In this document: piece after piece, positions 39,310 through 52,799 of the stretch | Layout: the number at the start of each line of letters is the position of its first letter | Position numbering within the stretch: position 1 is the first letter of the stretch | Made by a program: the position numbers and the translations under genes | The notes under the pieces: model-generated | What the model was told of the DNA's origin: nothing | The model's database searches: none | The model's input: only the letters and a program-made list of their open reading frames with translations | Source of the DNA: Chiloscyllium plagiosum | Lineage: Eukaryota | Assembly: GCF_004010195.1 (NCBI RefSeq) | Contig: NC_057746.1 | Location: 11,320,881-11,384,880, forward strand | Direction: 5' to 3' | DNA length: 64,000 nucleotides

Positions 39310-42134
39310 AAACTAGTTGGACTACAACCCGGTGTTTTGTGATTTTTAACTTTGTACACCTCAGTCCCATTTTGGCATTTCCAAATTGATAATACTCCAA
39401 AACGTTTGAATTTGCTAAGCATCTGAACGTCATGATGATTGAAATCAGCGGGGAATGTGAGTGTCAATTCGCGCCACATAGATATTGCTGTATGTACCAG
39501 TGTACATTGTCAGTCAGTTGTCGACGTTCAGACGGTGTTGGTGTTGGAGTGATGACCTTTAACCTCATTGTTACATCCATATGAAGATAAATGACTGATT
39601 CAGTAAAGTATTTACTGTCTTGCGGTAATATTAAAGCATTAACATTTTTGCGGAGAGAAATTGCTAAATTAAGTCGAATTAAATATCTAAATTATTGAAT
39701 TTCGTGGTTGTGATGACAGATGTCAGAGAGATGAGCAATGCCAAAACCAAGTCCTTCCGCAATCATTTCCAATGTGCAATGATGTCATTACAGATACTAA
39801 ACGCGACATCCCAATTAGATAATGCAGAAGAAAACCATGTCGTCTGCGGAAGAATATGTCAGAGGAACAACAATAAAATCAGAAAATAATGGTGCACTTG
39901 TCTAGGAGCATTTGGGAGAGAAAGTTAAGTTCATGTTTTGTATCCAGTAATCTCTTTTCAGGCCATGGGATGGTAAGAAACGACAGAGGGAGAGAATGGT
40001 CACGGGTGAAAAGCTTGTGTTTTACACTGGAGTTAAGGGAGCCTGTGGTACGGAAAGATATGCTCCCGTTGAATAATTGTAAATTGCAGTTTTGGAAAGG
40101 AGCCAGTGATCCAGTAAATAAAGATAAGGAAACAGGTGATAAATGTATCTGCACGGGTTCCATTGTTTTATTTTTGGTGACGATGGTATAGGATGAGTTG
40201 TTTAATGCGTTGGTAGTTCAAGTTGTGTGTACAAAGGACAACTGCCAATGCTCTGTAAGGAAGGAGTGAATAAACATAAAATGTCATGCAACAAAAACAA
40301 GAAAATATACAGAGATTTGAAATTTTAGGCATGTTGACAGCAATTACCTGGAAACGGATTGCAGCAAGCACTGTGTAATATGGTTTAAAATTCCTGTAAA
40401 TCAGTCGATGCATATTGCAAGACGAATATTTGTCCCCTTGTAATTTAGCATATCTCTCTATGATAAACTCCGAGGCAGCGCGTTTTCAGATAATTTTAAT
40501 TGTTAACTGGAAATTTCGCTGGGACCACAATGTGTCAAACATTTCAGTTTTCTCATGAACCAGCAAACAGGCAATGTTGTCCCTGAGTAAATTACCTTTG
40601 AAATTCCCTGTTGGGATGCCAGAAAATAGGGTCGTTGCTAGAGTGAATGATATCCACTCCTGTACAGCACTCGTTTCAACTTCTTGTGCTATCCCCTGAT
40701 CCTCCCAAAAATTGTCCCTCAGGTCACGATTCACTTGATATATGATGACATCCAAAGAATCCGATTCAAAGTCCTCGTTGGCAATGAGTTGAAGTTTTAT
40801 TTCTGCTGCATATTTCCATAAGGAACATGTAGCACAGTCAATGTAAATCATTTTCCTATAAAACCTGTCGGAGAATTGAGCTTAAATGGGAATATTTCGT
40901 CAATATATTTCAAATTAAATGTCGTGGTATCCTAAAATTGACTCTCAGAATTGAAATCTTCTTATGAGTAGATACATTTAATGCTGTTCTCCTGTATCTT
41001 CAGACTGGTTGCATTTTCAGCTGTGCGCTACTCCAAAGACGTGGCCTGTAAAATTTACGCAGTCCATCGAAAGAATCTCCCCCACCAAGAAAAGGCAGTC
41101 CTCCAAACTATCACAGACACAACATTTAAAAGCGATGCTTACTCTCTAATATATAGGATCTGAGTGTTGGATTCTAGGGTGCGTTTGTTCGCATGCAGGT
41201 TATGGGACCGTGTTGGGAGCAGTTGGGCTAGCGGATTATCCTGGAGACTCTGATATTTTCTGAGGAAGGCTAGATGAATCGAGTAAGCAGCGAGTGGGGA
41301 GGCAGGGCTAACTAAGTTAGTAATACAATGGACAGCCTATCACAGCGTCACTACCTGCATGAGGGCGTGAGGGATTTAAATTGAAGATTATAGCCACCGG
41401 GTTACGTCTATCTACAAAACAAAAAGTTCCCTTTGGACGGTCATCGATGTGCCAAACAGGGATGATCACTGAAGTATTCACATCCCATTTTCTCAGCAAG
41501 TGCATATCCAAACATTTCTTGGAATGTTTTTTTCTTTATCATCTAAAGTGGTGATGAATTCCACATTCCCACCTGCGCAGGGTAAAACAGTTTCCCGCAC
41601 ATCTCTGTCTCTTGAATGAAATCTATTCCCCAAAGTCAGTGATGCTTCCAGGTACAGATAATATTTTCTCCTCTCACACCGACCTCAAGTCCTCTTAAAC
41701 TCTCAATCATGACACCTCTCAAACTCCTCTGTTGGAAGATAAATGGCAATAGTCTGTCTAATCTCTCGTCATAATTCGTTCATGGAACTTGTCATGTCAG
41801 AGATTAGGTACTTGTGGAACTTTGTTTACGTTTCCTGTCTTCATGCATTTGGGCGAGACCGTATGGCATTTCTGTGTTTAATTTTGAACACCCTACCATT
41901 TTCCTAAAACTCAATTGTGGAATGTGAGTAAAAGTTGCTCTCCATATACCTTTATATTCTGAGCACTATACTGGATGTGGTCTCTTTCAACATTAGTTAG
42001 ACTGAACTTGGATCACTCTGCACTGTTCTGACCTGCAGATATCCTGTACAGATCATAATCGCCAATGTGCATCGAAATTGATTCAATACAATGCACATTT
42101 ATGGAACACAACAAAATCATTCAATTTTCAATTG

Positions 42135-42945
42135 ATGAAGTACAACGTGGACAAGGGTGATTTCACTCACTTTGGTCGGAAGAATAGAAACGTGGGCTAT
42201 TTTCTAAATTGGAAGAATATTCAGAAGTCTAAAGTGCAAAAACATTCGAGAGTTTTAGTCCAGGATTCTCTCAAGGTAAACTTGCATGTTGAGTCAGTAG
42301 GTAGGAAGGCAAATGCAATAATGGCATATGTACTTTAGAGGACCTGAATATAAAAGAAAGTATGTACTTCTGAAGCTCAGTCAGGCTCTAGACATGACAG
42401 TTTTGGAGTATTGTGCACAGTTTTGGACCCCACATGTCAGGAAGTTTGTACTGGCCTTGCAGCGCGTTCAGAAGAAGTTCACAAGAATGTTCCCAAAATG
42501 AAACCTGTTACATATACGGAACGTTTGATGACTCTGGGTCTGACTCGATGGAGTTTGGAAGAATGCGTCGGGATCTAATTGAAACATACAGAATACTCAT
42601 GGCTCGAAGAGTGCAGATATTGAGAAGGTGTTTCCACGAGTAGGAGAAGCTTGGACCCGAGGGCACAATCTTCGTGTAAAGGGATTTTTTTTTAGAATGG
42701 AGATAAGCAGAAGCTTCTTCAGCCAAAGACTGTTGAATCTATGGAATTCATTTCGACAGGAGGCTGCGGAGGCCAGGCCATTAGCCATATTTGAGACAGG
42801 TTCAGACAGGTTCTTGAGTACCAAGGGTTACGGGGAGAAAGTGGGACAATGGGGTTGAGAAACGCAACAGTTATGATTGAATGGAGGAATAGACTCGATG
42901 GGCTGAATGGCCTGATTTCTACTCCGATGTCTTATGTCTTATGGT
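42135..42945 (+). mobile_element. CR1 LINE 3' end (paralog of 10860-11705)
   Basis: GHNLRVKG..FRMEISRSFFSQRLLNLWNS. Confidence 0.9.
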
Positions 42946-42960
42946 GTAACGTGCAAGGTA

Positions 42961-43665
42961 GTAGCGAGTTTTGAGAAGGTTTGTAGCTAAGGTTGAAGTT
43001 CTGTATGTAGGTTTGCTCGCTGAGCTCAAAGTTTCATTTCCAGATGTCTCATCACGCTAGTGTATAACATCTTCAGCGGACCTCTGCGCGAAGCACTGTT
43101 GATGAATACACAGTATTGGTGATACCGTGTATTCAAAAATAATGGTACCCAATGAACACAGTTCACAGATTTCTCAGCAGCAAACTCAAACAAGCACACA
43201 AAACACATCCAGAAACCCTAGACACTCTCACCTACATCAAAGACATCTCGGAAATGACTGCTAGACTACTCAGACCCTTTAGCATCATGGTTGCCCACAA
43301 ACCCACCAACACATTAAAACAGCAGCTAATTAACTTGAAACGCCTTATGGAGACAACAAACAAACAAAACTAATGCCATTTACAAAATAGAGTGCAAGAA
43401 CTGTAACAAACACTATATTGTACAAACAGGCAGAAAACTAGCCAACAGGATACATGAACACCAACTAGCCACAAAACGACATGACACCACTTTGACTGGG
43501 AGAACAGATCCATTCTTGGCCACACCAAACAGAGACATGCACGAAAATTCCGAGAATAATGGAATTCCAACCGGAAATCTATGAACAAACACATCGAGTA
43601 AGACCCCATCTATCACCCCTTGGGAAAAAGAACAGGAAATGACATCACCACAGGAAATGACATGA
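42961..43665 (+). mobile_element. Penelope-like element with inverted 5' pLTR
   Basis: LTYIKDISEMTARLLRPFSIMVAHKPTNTLKQQL, then CKNCNKHY.VQTGRKLA.RIHEH (GIY-YIG); 42961-43100 is an inverted pLTR. Confidence 0.88.
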
Positions 43666-43667
43666 GA

Positions 43668-44088
43668 CTGATGCATGTCGTATGAAGAAAGGTTAAGGGA
43701 ATGAGTGTTTCATTCTCATTAGAGTGAAGAAGGATGACTTGGTAGAGATGTACAGAGTGTTGAGAGGCATAAGTAGAGTGCATCTTTTCCAGGCTAAAAA
43801 GGTCTATCACGTGGGGAGGGCACGCATAATTTTAAAGTAATTGGTAGAAGGTTTACTGGAGATGTCAGAGGCAGCTTCTTGACGCAGGTAGTGTTGGGTG
43901 AGTGGAATGCACTGCCAGCAGTGGTAGTAGCGGCAGACACATTAGGAACATTTTAGCGACCCTTGGACATGGAAATTGTATGAAGGGTATGTAGGTTAGT
44001 CTGATCAAAGAGGAGGATAAAACGTCAGCACAACATAAAGGGTCGAAGGGCCTTTACTGTGCTGTACTCTACTATGTTTTATGTTTTA
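43668..44088 (+). mobile_element. CR1 LINE 3' end
   Basis: gatgtcagaggcagcttcttgacgcag...tggaatgcactgcc; atgttttatgtttt tail. Confidence 0.8.
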
Positions 44089-45169
44089 TCTTGGTCTAAA
44101 TGAAGATAGTGATCCTCCTGTAATACGTTTGACTCCTGATTGCAACCCTTTGCTGTTTGTTATCCGGCTACATATGAACTCACAGTCCACGCTTCTTTTT
44201 TTATCATCCTCGATCTGCCTTAGAAAGGCAGCAGCTCACATCTTTTGCTGCTGGGTTAGATCACCATCCTTCCAATCTGTCCCCAAGAGATGCAGTCCAC
44301 ACTGAGACTATTGAATTCCAATGGTGTAGTTTACAAAATCAACGACACCCATGTGTCAAAGAGCCACAGCCGTTAACGGCCATATTACAACTATCTGTAT
44401 CGGTGGAGTAGTGTCTGTGAAGGGATGAGAAATTCAATGGAAGTTTCCTTTGAGTGAGACTCAATGAAAGCAGAACAATGAAAGCAGGACAAACCATGGA
44501 TTTATACAAGACAGAGGACGCCCATTGGCACAGGAATTCTGAACTGATGAAGATACAAAAATGTAAATGTGACCCACTTTCCGGAACTGGGCAGTGGCCT
44601 TGGATATTCATTATCTGCAAGTGCACATTTATAAGGCTTGTGAGGGTGCTGGTCTCAACATTCCTGTCAGGCAGGGCATTTCAGACATCCTGCACCTCGG
44701 CTCAAAAGTTTTTTTCTTAAATGTTCTGTAACCTGCTACCTTTCTCTTTTTATTAGAACAAAAATATACCTCTCATTACTTAATCTTTCCCCTCAGAAGA
44801 ATCGCTTCATTCTGTTCACCCTTTCCAGACTCCTCAAAATTTCATATGTCTAAGATAGAATTGCAGGAGTCTTTGTTCTTGCATATCTCGTGCTCAGTTA
44901 TTTTTAGGCAGTGATGGCAGTGGTTTTGGACGGTGTTAAGACTTTCTACACTGCACCTGCTGTAGCTTTGTGCATCTCTGCAATATCTGAACATCCATCA
45001 GTTTAGATAAATGAGGAATTTGTTATTATCCTGCTGATTTCTGCCTTATAGATGATGGAAAGTTTTGTGAAATCAGGAGGTGAGTTACTCGATGGCTCGC
45101 CTCACAAACGGCCTTGGGCGACATAACAAGGCACGTAGTTAATGAGTAACCTCTGTTTGTTAAACATCT

Positions 45170-45467
45170 AGACTTCCAGAAGTTTGCTGAATAAATGAAG
45201 CATAAAAAAGATAACATGCAACGTTAAGTTACTTGGGGTTTGGACTAATTTATGAGTTTGTTTAGAGGATTGACTAAGTATCAAAAAAACTGAAACTACA
45301 AAATCGTGACCAGTCATTCACGTTTCCTCGTTGGCAAGGGGCAACCAATAGTGTACCAGACGTTCCGGCCTCGGTCGCCAACTATATGCAATTGATATTG
45401 CTGAATTGGACGAGGGAATAGAAAGTGTCACAGAGATAGATAGAGAGAGAGAGAGAGAGAGAGNNNN

Positions 45468-45519
<52 letters not shown>

Positions 45520-46080
45520 GATTACGCGAAAGCAGTGGGGAATTAAGCTGCAAGAAATAAACAAGACATTTGCAAATTGGTTTGGATTGGTCACGTGATT
45601 GGCCTAAAAACTGGCAGTTGGAGTTTAATCCGAATAAACGTGAGGCAACGTATTTAGTAAATCCATAAAAAAAACTCCAGATTCCTTTAGTGCATACAAA
45701 TGGGAAGCATGCTACCCTCTGCCTACTTGTGCCTTGTGGATTCTGGAAATCCTTTGGGAATCTAGAAGTGATCTGTGCATCCTCGTGCACGTGTGTACAG
45801 GTTCAACATATACAAAATATACAACATATACAAGCTAAATGATATTCTAGCATTTATTGCTGAGTTGCTTAACCTGGGCAAGGTTTTAGTTCGACTGCGG
45901 CTGCAGTGTTAAGTGCAATCATGGGACATGAGTAAGTGTGCAATTTTAGTAGATGCAAACCAGGGAAGATTCACGAGATTGATTCCAGATATGTGCGGGC
46001 CTTTCTTACGAAGAGATTTTTTTTTCAGTTTAGACATATAATCTCTGAATGAACAAGATATGTGAAGAGACGATATTACT
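45170..46080 (+). mobile_element. Old CR1 ORF2 remnant containing a (GA)n microsatellite
   Basis: Decayed RT-region phrases (aactggcagttggagtttaatccgaataaa; gaagattcacgagattgattcc). Confidence 0.6.
45432..45517. repeat. (GA)n microsatellite with a 4-N assembly gap
   Basis: Directly visible; nnnn at 45464-45467. Confidence 0.98.
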
Positions 46081-46134
46081 TTATGTACAAAGAGAAATTA
46101 TAGACTTTGGATGGGAGTGGTGGACTAAAGCTGA

Positions 46135-46221
46135 ATATGTAATGCTGGAAAAGCGCAGCAGGTCAGGCAGCATCCAAGGAGCATGAGAATCGAATCTTCG
46201 GGCATGAGCCCTTCTTCAGGG
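46135..46221 (-). repeat. Penelope-related tail repeat with hammerhead-like motif
   Basis: Reverse complement cCTGAAGAaGGGCtcatGCCCGAAGattc. Confidence 0.7.
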
Positions 46222-46649
46222 CTGTTATTTTCTTATCACCCAATGGTCATACGTGTGCCACAGAAAACAAAAGCCTGATAATTATGTTCAATCATGATTA
46301 ATTTGATAAATCCGACCATATGCTGTTGTTATTGAATGTTTTTTTTTTAAATCAATATTATTCTTATTTGTTTTTTTTTCGATTTCACATGTTGTTATGA
46401 CAGGACGGCAAACAGGGAAACTGGATCATCCTCCACAACTCTGTATTCGCAGCTTTTTAAAATGGAAATACCCAAAGACTCAAATTTGAAGACACATCCT
46501 GTTAAACATTTTACACAACATTTTCGAAATTCAGTTTCAGTGATATCTTCCATGAATGCTCATATCATGGATATTTGCAACAGAATTCGATGCCTGGCAA
46601 GAGAGCTTGTGTTCGTGTATTGAAAATTGTTCTTCACTTTTTTCGATGC

Positions 46650-47857
46650 TATTTTTCAATTTTGTTTCGTTTTAGGAATGCTGCAAAGGGACATTTCAGA
46701 ACAGTTTATAGTTTTTCTCTGAACATTGATGAGATTTTTTTTTTAGATTAGATTACATTACAGTGTGGAAACAGGGCCTTCGGCCCAACAAGTCCACACC
46801 GACCCGCCGAAACGCAACCCACCCATACCCCTGCATTTACCCCTTACCTAAGGCTGCAGACAATTTAGCATGGCCAATTCACCTGACCTGCACATCTTTG
46901 GACTGTGGGAGGAAACCGTAGCACCCGGAGGAAACCCACGCAGACACGGGGAGAACGTGCAAACTCCACACAGTCAGTCGCCTGAGGCGGGAAGTGAACC
47001 CGGGTCTTAGGCGCTGTGAGGCAGCAGTGCTAACCACTGTGCCACCGTGCCGCCCACGGTGTTATAGCATAAAGATCTGTGTTTGTGCTGCAACTTATGA
47101 TTTGTAACATGAAACCCATTTATAACACAAAGAAATTTCAAAGAATAATCATCAAAATATCGGTTCCAGATATAATAAAACATAATTTCCGACCATAACA
47201 GAATGGAATTTTCACTGATTACAAACAGGAAAATGATCGATTTCCTTCGGTTCTTCATTTCTGAGTATTTTGTACTTCCCCACCATTTTCACTTCGTAAT
47301 CTTTTGCGAACTCTATTGTTTGCCAAGATGTGTCTGACAGTGAAAATGTTTAACAACAAAACCAGGACAAATGGAACACCTTGGATTAGAATATGATGTA
47401 TGAATTCAATTATTCCCCAGACCAGAGATACCTGAATAAGAAGCTGCATTTCACAAAACCATGGGGTGTTCATCAAAGAATACTGATCTGATAACATGAA
47501 ATACCAGAAAATATTCTTTAAAAGGCTCCAGACAGTCTCTGTACCCACAACCACAGCTGCAGTTTCTTCAGTGCAATATCGCGTTTAAATATCTGGCAAC
47601 AAATAGGTATAAATCGATCAAAAGTGAAGGTGAAAGTGAACCAGACAGAACTATCGGTGGCTGTATAGATCAAGATTGCATTTGGCATTGCAAATGGGGG
47701 TATCCCACAGGAAATGTAGGTACTTCCGGTAAACAATAGTAATGTGTCTAAATATCAGATCGAACAGAAGCACCATTAAATCTGCTATTGCCATGGCTCC
47801 TAGATAGCGATAGGCCACAGTCTCGCTTATAAAGTACCACAATCGTCAACAGGTTAA
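46650..47857 (-). pseudogene. GPR139/142-like GPCR exon 2, frameshifted and SINE-disrupted
   Basis: Acceptor cacag|TTAACCTG (V-NLLTIVVLYKRDCGLS); RYLGAMAIADLMVLLFDLIFRHI; TATDSSVWFTFTFTFDRFIPICCQ; VPFVLVLLLNIFTVRHIL; NRRKSIIFLFVIS; helix 8 MFREKL beyond the SINE. Confidence 0.92.
46744..47057 (-). mobile_element. Young V-SINE (HE1-like) in GPCR TM7/helix 8
   Basis: Very similar to the SINEs at 22797 and 39017; tagattagattac tail. Confidence 0.95.
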
Positions 47858-48379
47858 CTGTGAGCAAGCAAAACAAAGAGGAAAATTAAGTATGAATGAA
47901 TGCAACACTTTCTGTTTGTAATTTTGATTATCAGCAAAACAATTCTTGTTTCTTTTTTTTCTAACAATTGCAAAATTCTTGTCTACTTATGAGACTTTGT
48001 CGCATTTGTCGCATAAGGTATTGGTGGATAGGTATTTTGTTGGACATTCTATGCAACCACATGAAAAATTATTTGAACCTGCAAGTGTGTTTCAACTGGA
48101 ATAAGATGCGAATAAAATCATTTTAAGAGATTAAAAAGCAAAGCGCTCCTAAGATTAAAAAAAAACAAAAATTCTGTTTCACTAATGTCCTTTCAGGAAG
48201 GAAATCTGCTGCATGGCCTGGTCTGGAGGTGATACCAGATCATTAACAATTTATTTAGTGCTTAACTTTTCTCTAGGCAATTACAGACGGGCTATCATTT
48301 CTGGAACAAGCAATCACACCAATGCCCCAGCAATAAATAATGACACAAAGAAAATCACGTAACGAAAATGCACAGAAGA

Positions 48380-51300
48380 GGCACTACAGACCCCAAGATG
48401 GGTGCTACCGAAGTTACATTAAATCTTCACTCATTCCGTTTTCCAGCACTAATCCCATGGGCTCGAATGCCACAGCATTTAGTGGCCGTACAATTACTTT
48501 CACAGTAAGTCAGGTTTACAACTCAGCGAGGCGCCTAACAACACATTCCACGCATCCATCACTCTCTGAGTGAAAGGACTTTCATTCAAACACTGTGAAA
48601 ACATTCTGCCATTAATCTAAAACGATATCTCCTTGTTATTCACCTTCAAATAATAGGAACACCTGATTCCCATCCAATCTCTCTTTACCTCATAATATTA
48701 TACATCTGTATCAGGTCTCCACGTGCTCAGCTGCGCTGTTCCAAAGAACAAATCCTAATCCTCTGTCACCTCTCTTAAGGGCAATCACGGCTAATAAATA
48801 GCTGAATTTCCTCTGTACTGCCCCCAGTGCAATCGCATCCTTTCGATCATGTGGTTATCAGAACTGCACTAAATTATTCATCTGTTGCCTTTTCAACGTT
48901 GTATGCAGCTTAACCATAATCTCTCTGTTTTTTATTTACGTCCAGGGGTGCCGAATAGTGTTATGAGTTATTACCTAGACTGGAGGAATTGAGTCATAAG
49001 GGGAAGAAGGATAGTTTGGGACATTTTTCTTCTGAATCGTCGGACGATTAGGAATGGTTTTATAGAGGTTATAAATCATGAGACTTGTAAATAGTCAAGG
49101 TCTTTTCTCACTGAAGGCAATGCAAAACCAGACGGAACAGGTTTAAGGGAGGAGAGGAAAACATTAAAAGAGACCTAAGAGAAAATGTTTTCACTGTATG
49201 CGAAACGAACTATCAAAGGGAGTGTAAAGACGAGTATGATTACAAAGTCTAAAAAGACAGTCTAACGGGTACATGAACAGGAGAGGCTTCGGGGGATATG
49301 GGAGTAGTCTAGTTTAGGAAATCTGGACAATTTTGACTGAATGTCTGTTTCTATGTTGTATGAATCTGGGACTGTATTATTCTGAATGTACATACAAAAT
49401 ATAGCTGACCGCAAGTTAGTCCTGGGACCAAATGTGACTACAATTATGAGAAGTAATTGAGAGAAGTCATTTTCCATCATTTCTGTTTTAAATCTGGCGC
49501 CACTCAACCAAAAACAAGATCTCTCAATCTATACTGCCCATAAAATTAATCTATTGACTTCCATAATGTCACTCCGCTTTATCTTATTTCGAAATCTTGT
49601 TCTCAGCTCTGGAATGTATCGATCTAAACTGCACAATATTCCATCGTACAAAGAAACCCTCAACTCTGTGGAGACCAAACTCTAACCAGCATTCCAGATG
49701 ATGATACTCCAATGCCTTGCACAGTTGAATGAAAATTCCTGACTTTGTACTTCCTTACTTTATCAATATATGCAAACATACAATTTGCCTTCGTTATGAC
49801 TATTGAATGATGGTAACTTAATGAAGAGTGAGAAATTCAGTATTGCACTTCTTGCAGAGATGAGCTGTGTCGTGGAGTTCATAGTCACATAGAATGTGCC
49901 TGCTCAAACATTATTTAACAGGTGCATAAGCAATTACATGTTGGAAAGATATGCTACAACTTCAAAAGGCGAGAGAGAAGAGTGAGACATGGATATGTGG
50001 TCTGCCTTTGCCAGTGATATAGCCAGGCACATGAAAATAAAGAAGAAAATGAAGTATCCAGGATCTTTGCGAAACATAAATAGTGGGAAAGCTAATGATG
50101 TATGAGAGGTCTAGATCATTATTCTCAAGCTATGTGAGCTGCTGGTGAAGGTTCACTACGTTAATACCAGAGCTGAGATTCTAGTCTCATTGCAGTGGAA
50201 TTAAACAATTTAGGCCCTCACTGTCTGTGGTTCAGAAGAATAAGAGGACATAAAATTGAGATGTATAGCGTGCTAAAGGAATGAACATAGTGTGCTTGGT
50301 TAAACATCATATCTGCAAACCGGATCATTAAGTGTTTATGGCTAAAAGTTAATTTTGCATGACAAGGAGTGATTGACATAACGTGGAAAATTCATGAAAG
50401 TAATTCTGTTTGAGAAAATGAAGCAGTCTATTTTCATTTTGACGGGGGAGCGTCCGCAGCTGCATAATCTTGGTATTCCAAGACGAGACTTTCTTTTCTG
50501 CATTTTTCACAGAGATAACTGGAGTAGATTTTGCGTTGTTTCTGCAAAATGAAATAGGCACTGAAAGTGCAACAAACTGGCAATACAACATAAATCTTGC
50601 TCTCAAGGGAGTGGTTGCCGAAGGAGTGCAGTGAAGTTTCACTTAACTGGTTCCGGGGATGGTGGGACTGAAGTATGCTGAGTGATTGACTCGGCTAGGA
50701 TTGCTAAAGTTCGAATGAATGAAGGGGAATCTCAAAGAGATTCATAACATTTTAGCAAGCCTGGACAGGGGAGATGGAGGGAAGATGATCCCGATGGCGA
50801 GTCTGACCAGAACCAGGATCACACTCGAACGATTCGGGTCAAACAATTTAGTACAGAGATGAGGAAACATTCCTTCACCGAAGGAGTGTTGAAGCTGTGG
50901 AATTCATTACCACTGGAAGTCATTGATGCCAAAATATTGATTGCATTTAAGAGGCGACTAGATGTAGCACTTGGGCGAATGGGATCAAAGGTAATGGGGA
51001 GAAAGCAAACTGAGGCTATTGAGTTGCATGATCTGCCATAATCGTGATCATTAGTGGAGCAGTCTTGAAGGCGGAATGGCCTCCACCTGCTCCTATCTTC
51101 CATGTTTCCATGTGTTTATGTTTACATCATCAAAACTGCATGAATTTCTGGCATTTGCCCCAATGTTGCAGTTTCCCCGACAGACCAGTTCCAATCAACA
51201 GGGGCCATGGACTCACACGACTGGGCCCAGTTCTACTTGGAGACATTTTGAGCAGCCGTTGAAAACAACATTAGGTACTGTCAGTCGGGCAGTAGACGAA

Positions 51301-51910
51301 CTAGATGGAGAATGAGTGTTTCCTTACATGAAGCAATATAGAAATGGAGATTTAATTTTGGCTAAGGACCGGGAGACAGGGGATGAATTATTTTTTCAAC
51401 AGCCATAAAACTGGAATTCACCGATGCAGATGCTGGATGGTGGAACATTGACACAATGGAAGGAGAAGTTCGACAGATTTTCAATTACCAGCTGGTTGGA
51501 GGGTTATGGTGCACAGGCAGGAAGGTGGAGTTGGTTATAAGGTGAGATCAATCATGTCCAAATTAAATGATGGAATAAGCTGAATGGGCTTAATTGTCTA
51601 TGCCCACTAATATCTTCTATATGGACAGAGAACCATAGAGATCAAGAAAACATGAAAAGCTCCTCCGATCCATCTCACCTGTGACATTCAAAAATAACCA
51701 CCTCACTATTCTAAGGTATTTATCTAGCACTTGGCCCATTGTGTTATCTGCTTTGGTATTGCAAATACACATCTGAATGGTTCCAAAATATAATAAGCAT
51801 TTACGCCTTGGAACACGTTTACAAGCAGTGAGCTCCAGATTCCCACCACACTTTGGGTGAAAAAGGTTTTCCCGTAAGTCTTCTCTAATCCTTCTATCTC
51901 TCACCTTAAA
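48380..51910. mobile_element. Cluster of CR1 3' fragments in alternating orientation
   Basis: e.g. MRKHSFTEGVLKLWNSLPLEVIDAK (50859 +), RRIREDLRENLF (51617-51904 -), plus older pieces at 48380-50340. Confidence 0.7.
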
Positions 51911-51969
51911 TTTATTTTAAGGGCCAATGTAAATGTACACCAGGATGCCATTGATCGTTTGGAGCACAT

Positions 51970-52170
51970 CACTGCAGATGCTGGAATTTGTACTGAACAC
52001 TACAAATGCTAGAGATCACAACGGGTCAGAGAGCATCCATGGTGAGAGGTCAAGCCAACGCATCCAGTCTTGATAACTGTTTTGATGAGAATCAATTAAA
52101 CTCGAAACTTTATCTTGCTCTCTCTCCACGAATGATGATTGACCCACTGTTATCTCCAACATTTGTTGAT
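51970..52170. repeat. Two head-to-head Penelope-related tail repeats
   Basis: acaaatgctagagatcacaacgggtca is approximately the reverse complement of tgacccactgttatctccaacatttgt. Confidence 0.65.
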
Positions 52171-52799
52171 TCCACTGAAGCTTGCCACTTTCCTGAATTT
52201 TACTGTTAATCATCTATTCTATTGCTTCATTGGAATAATGTTCAGACTTTATTGCACAGCTGAAATTCGGGCAGTTGTGAAGACATTGGACTGCGAACAG
52301 CATGGAAGTTGCATTATTTGTCCACAGACTAGGGGAGAGTGACAGAGAAGGATTTAAGGTTAGCTTTTAGTGGAACGTATCACTTTGAACGATGTTGTTC
52401 ATAAAATTATGGGCTGTGTAGTGTAGCTTCATAACTGGGAAGTTGCGTTATGTAAAAAGAAAGTTTTCCAATTGGGAGACTGGGAAGGAAAAAAGGAAAT
52501 AAAATGAACTGCTCTAAATAAAATATCTTAAAACAGTGTCAACCGTGTAAGTTGCCATCTCACGCGCCTTAATATTGGTGACCATTGGAAATCTAGAAAT
52601 CTTTAGAACACCCCTGTTTCCGGTCTTCTAATCAATTTATTTTTTAGTCATCAAAATTTGAAGGAGACCAAATCATTTGCCTTCATACCCCGTCACTTTG
52701 AGTGACACTTCCATCTATCTTCATAGCCGTGTCCTACTTGAGTTACGTTTTGGTATCATGCCATTCTGCACGCGATAGCTGCCTCAAATAGTCAAGAAA

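Larger units (their letters stand above)
32096..42960 (+). repeat. Segmental duplication, copy B (paralog of 1-11718)
   Basis: Colinear with copy A, roughly 80-85% identical by eye, with copy-specific indels. Confidence 0.95.

Noticed and set aside
32096-42960. Haplotype or assembly false duplication
   Set aside because: Divergence, several large indels and a copy-specific SINE exceed what allelic variation would give.
45382-45790. Ser-Leu repeat ORFs
   Set aside because: (GA)n microsatellite with an assembly gap.
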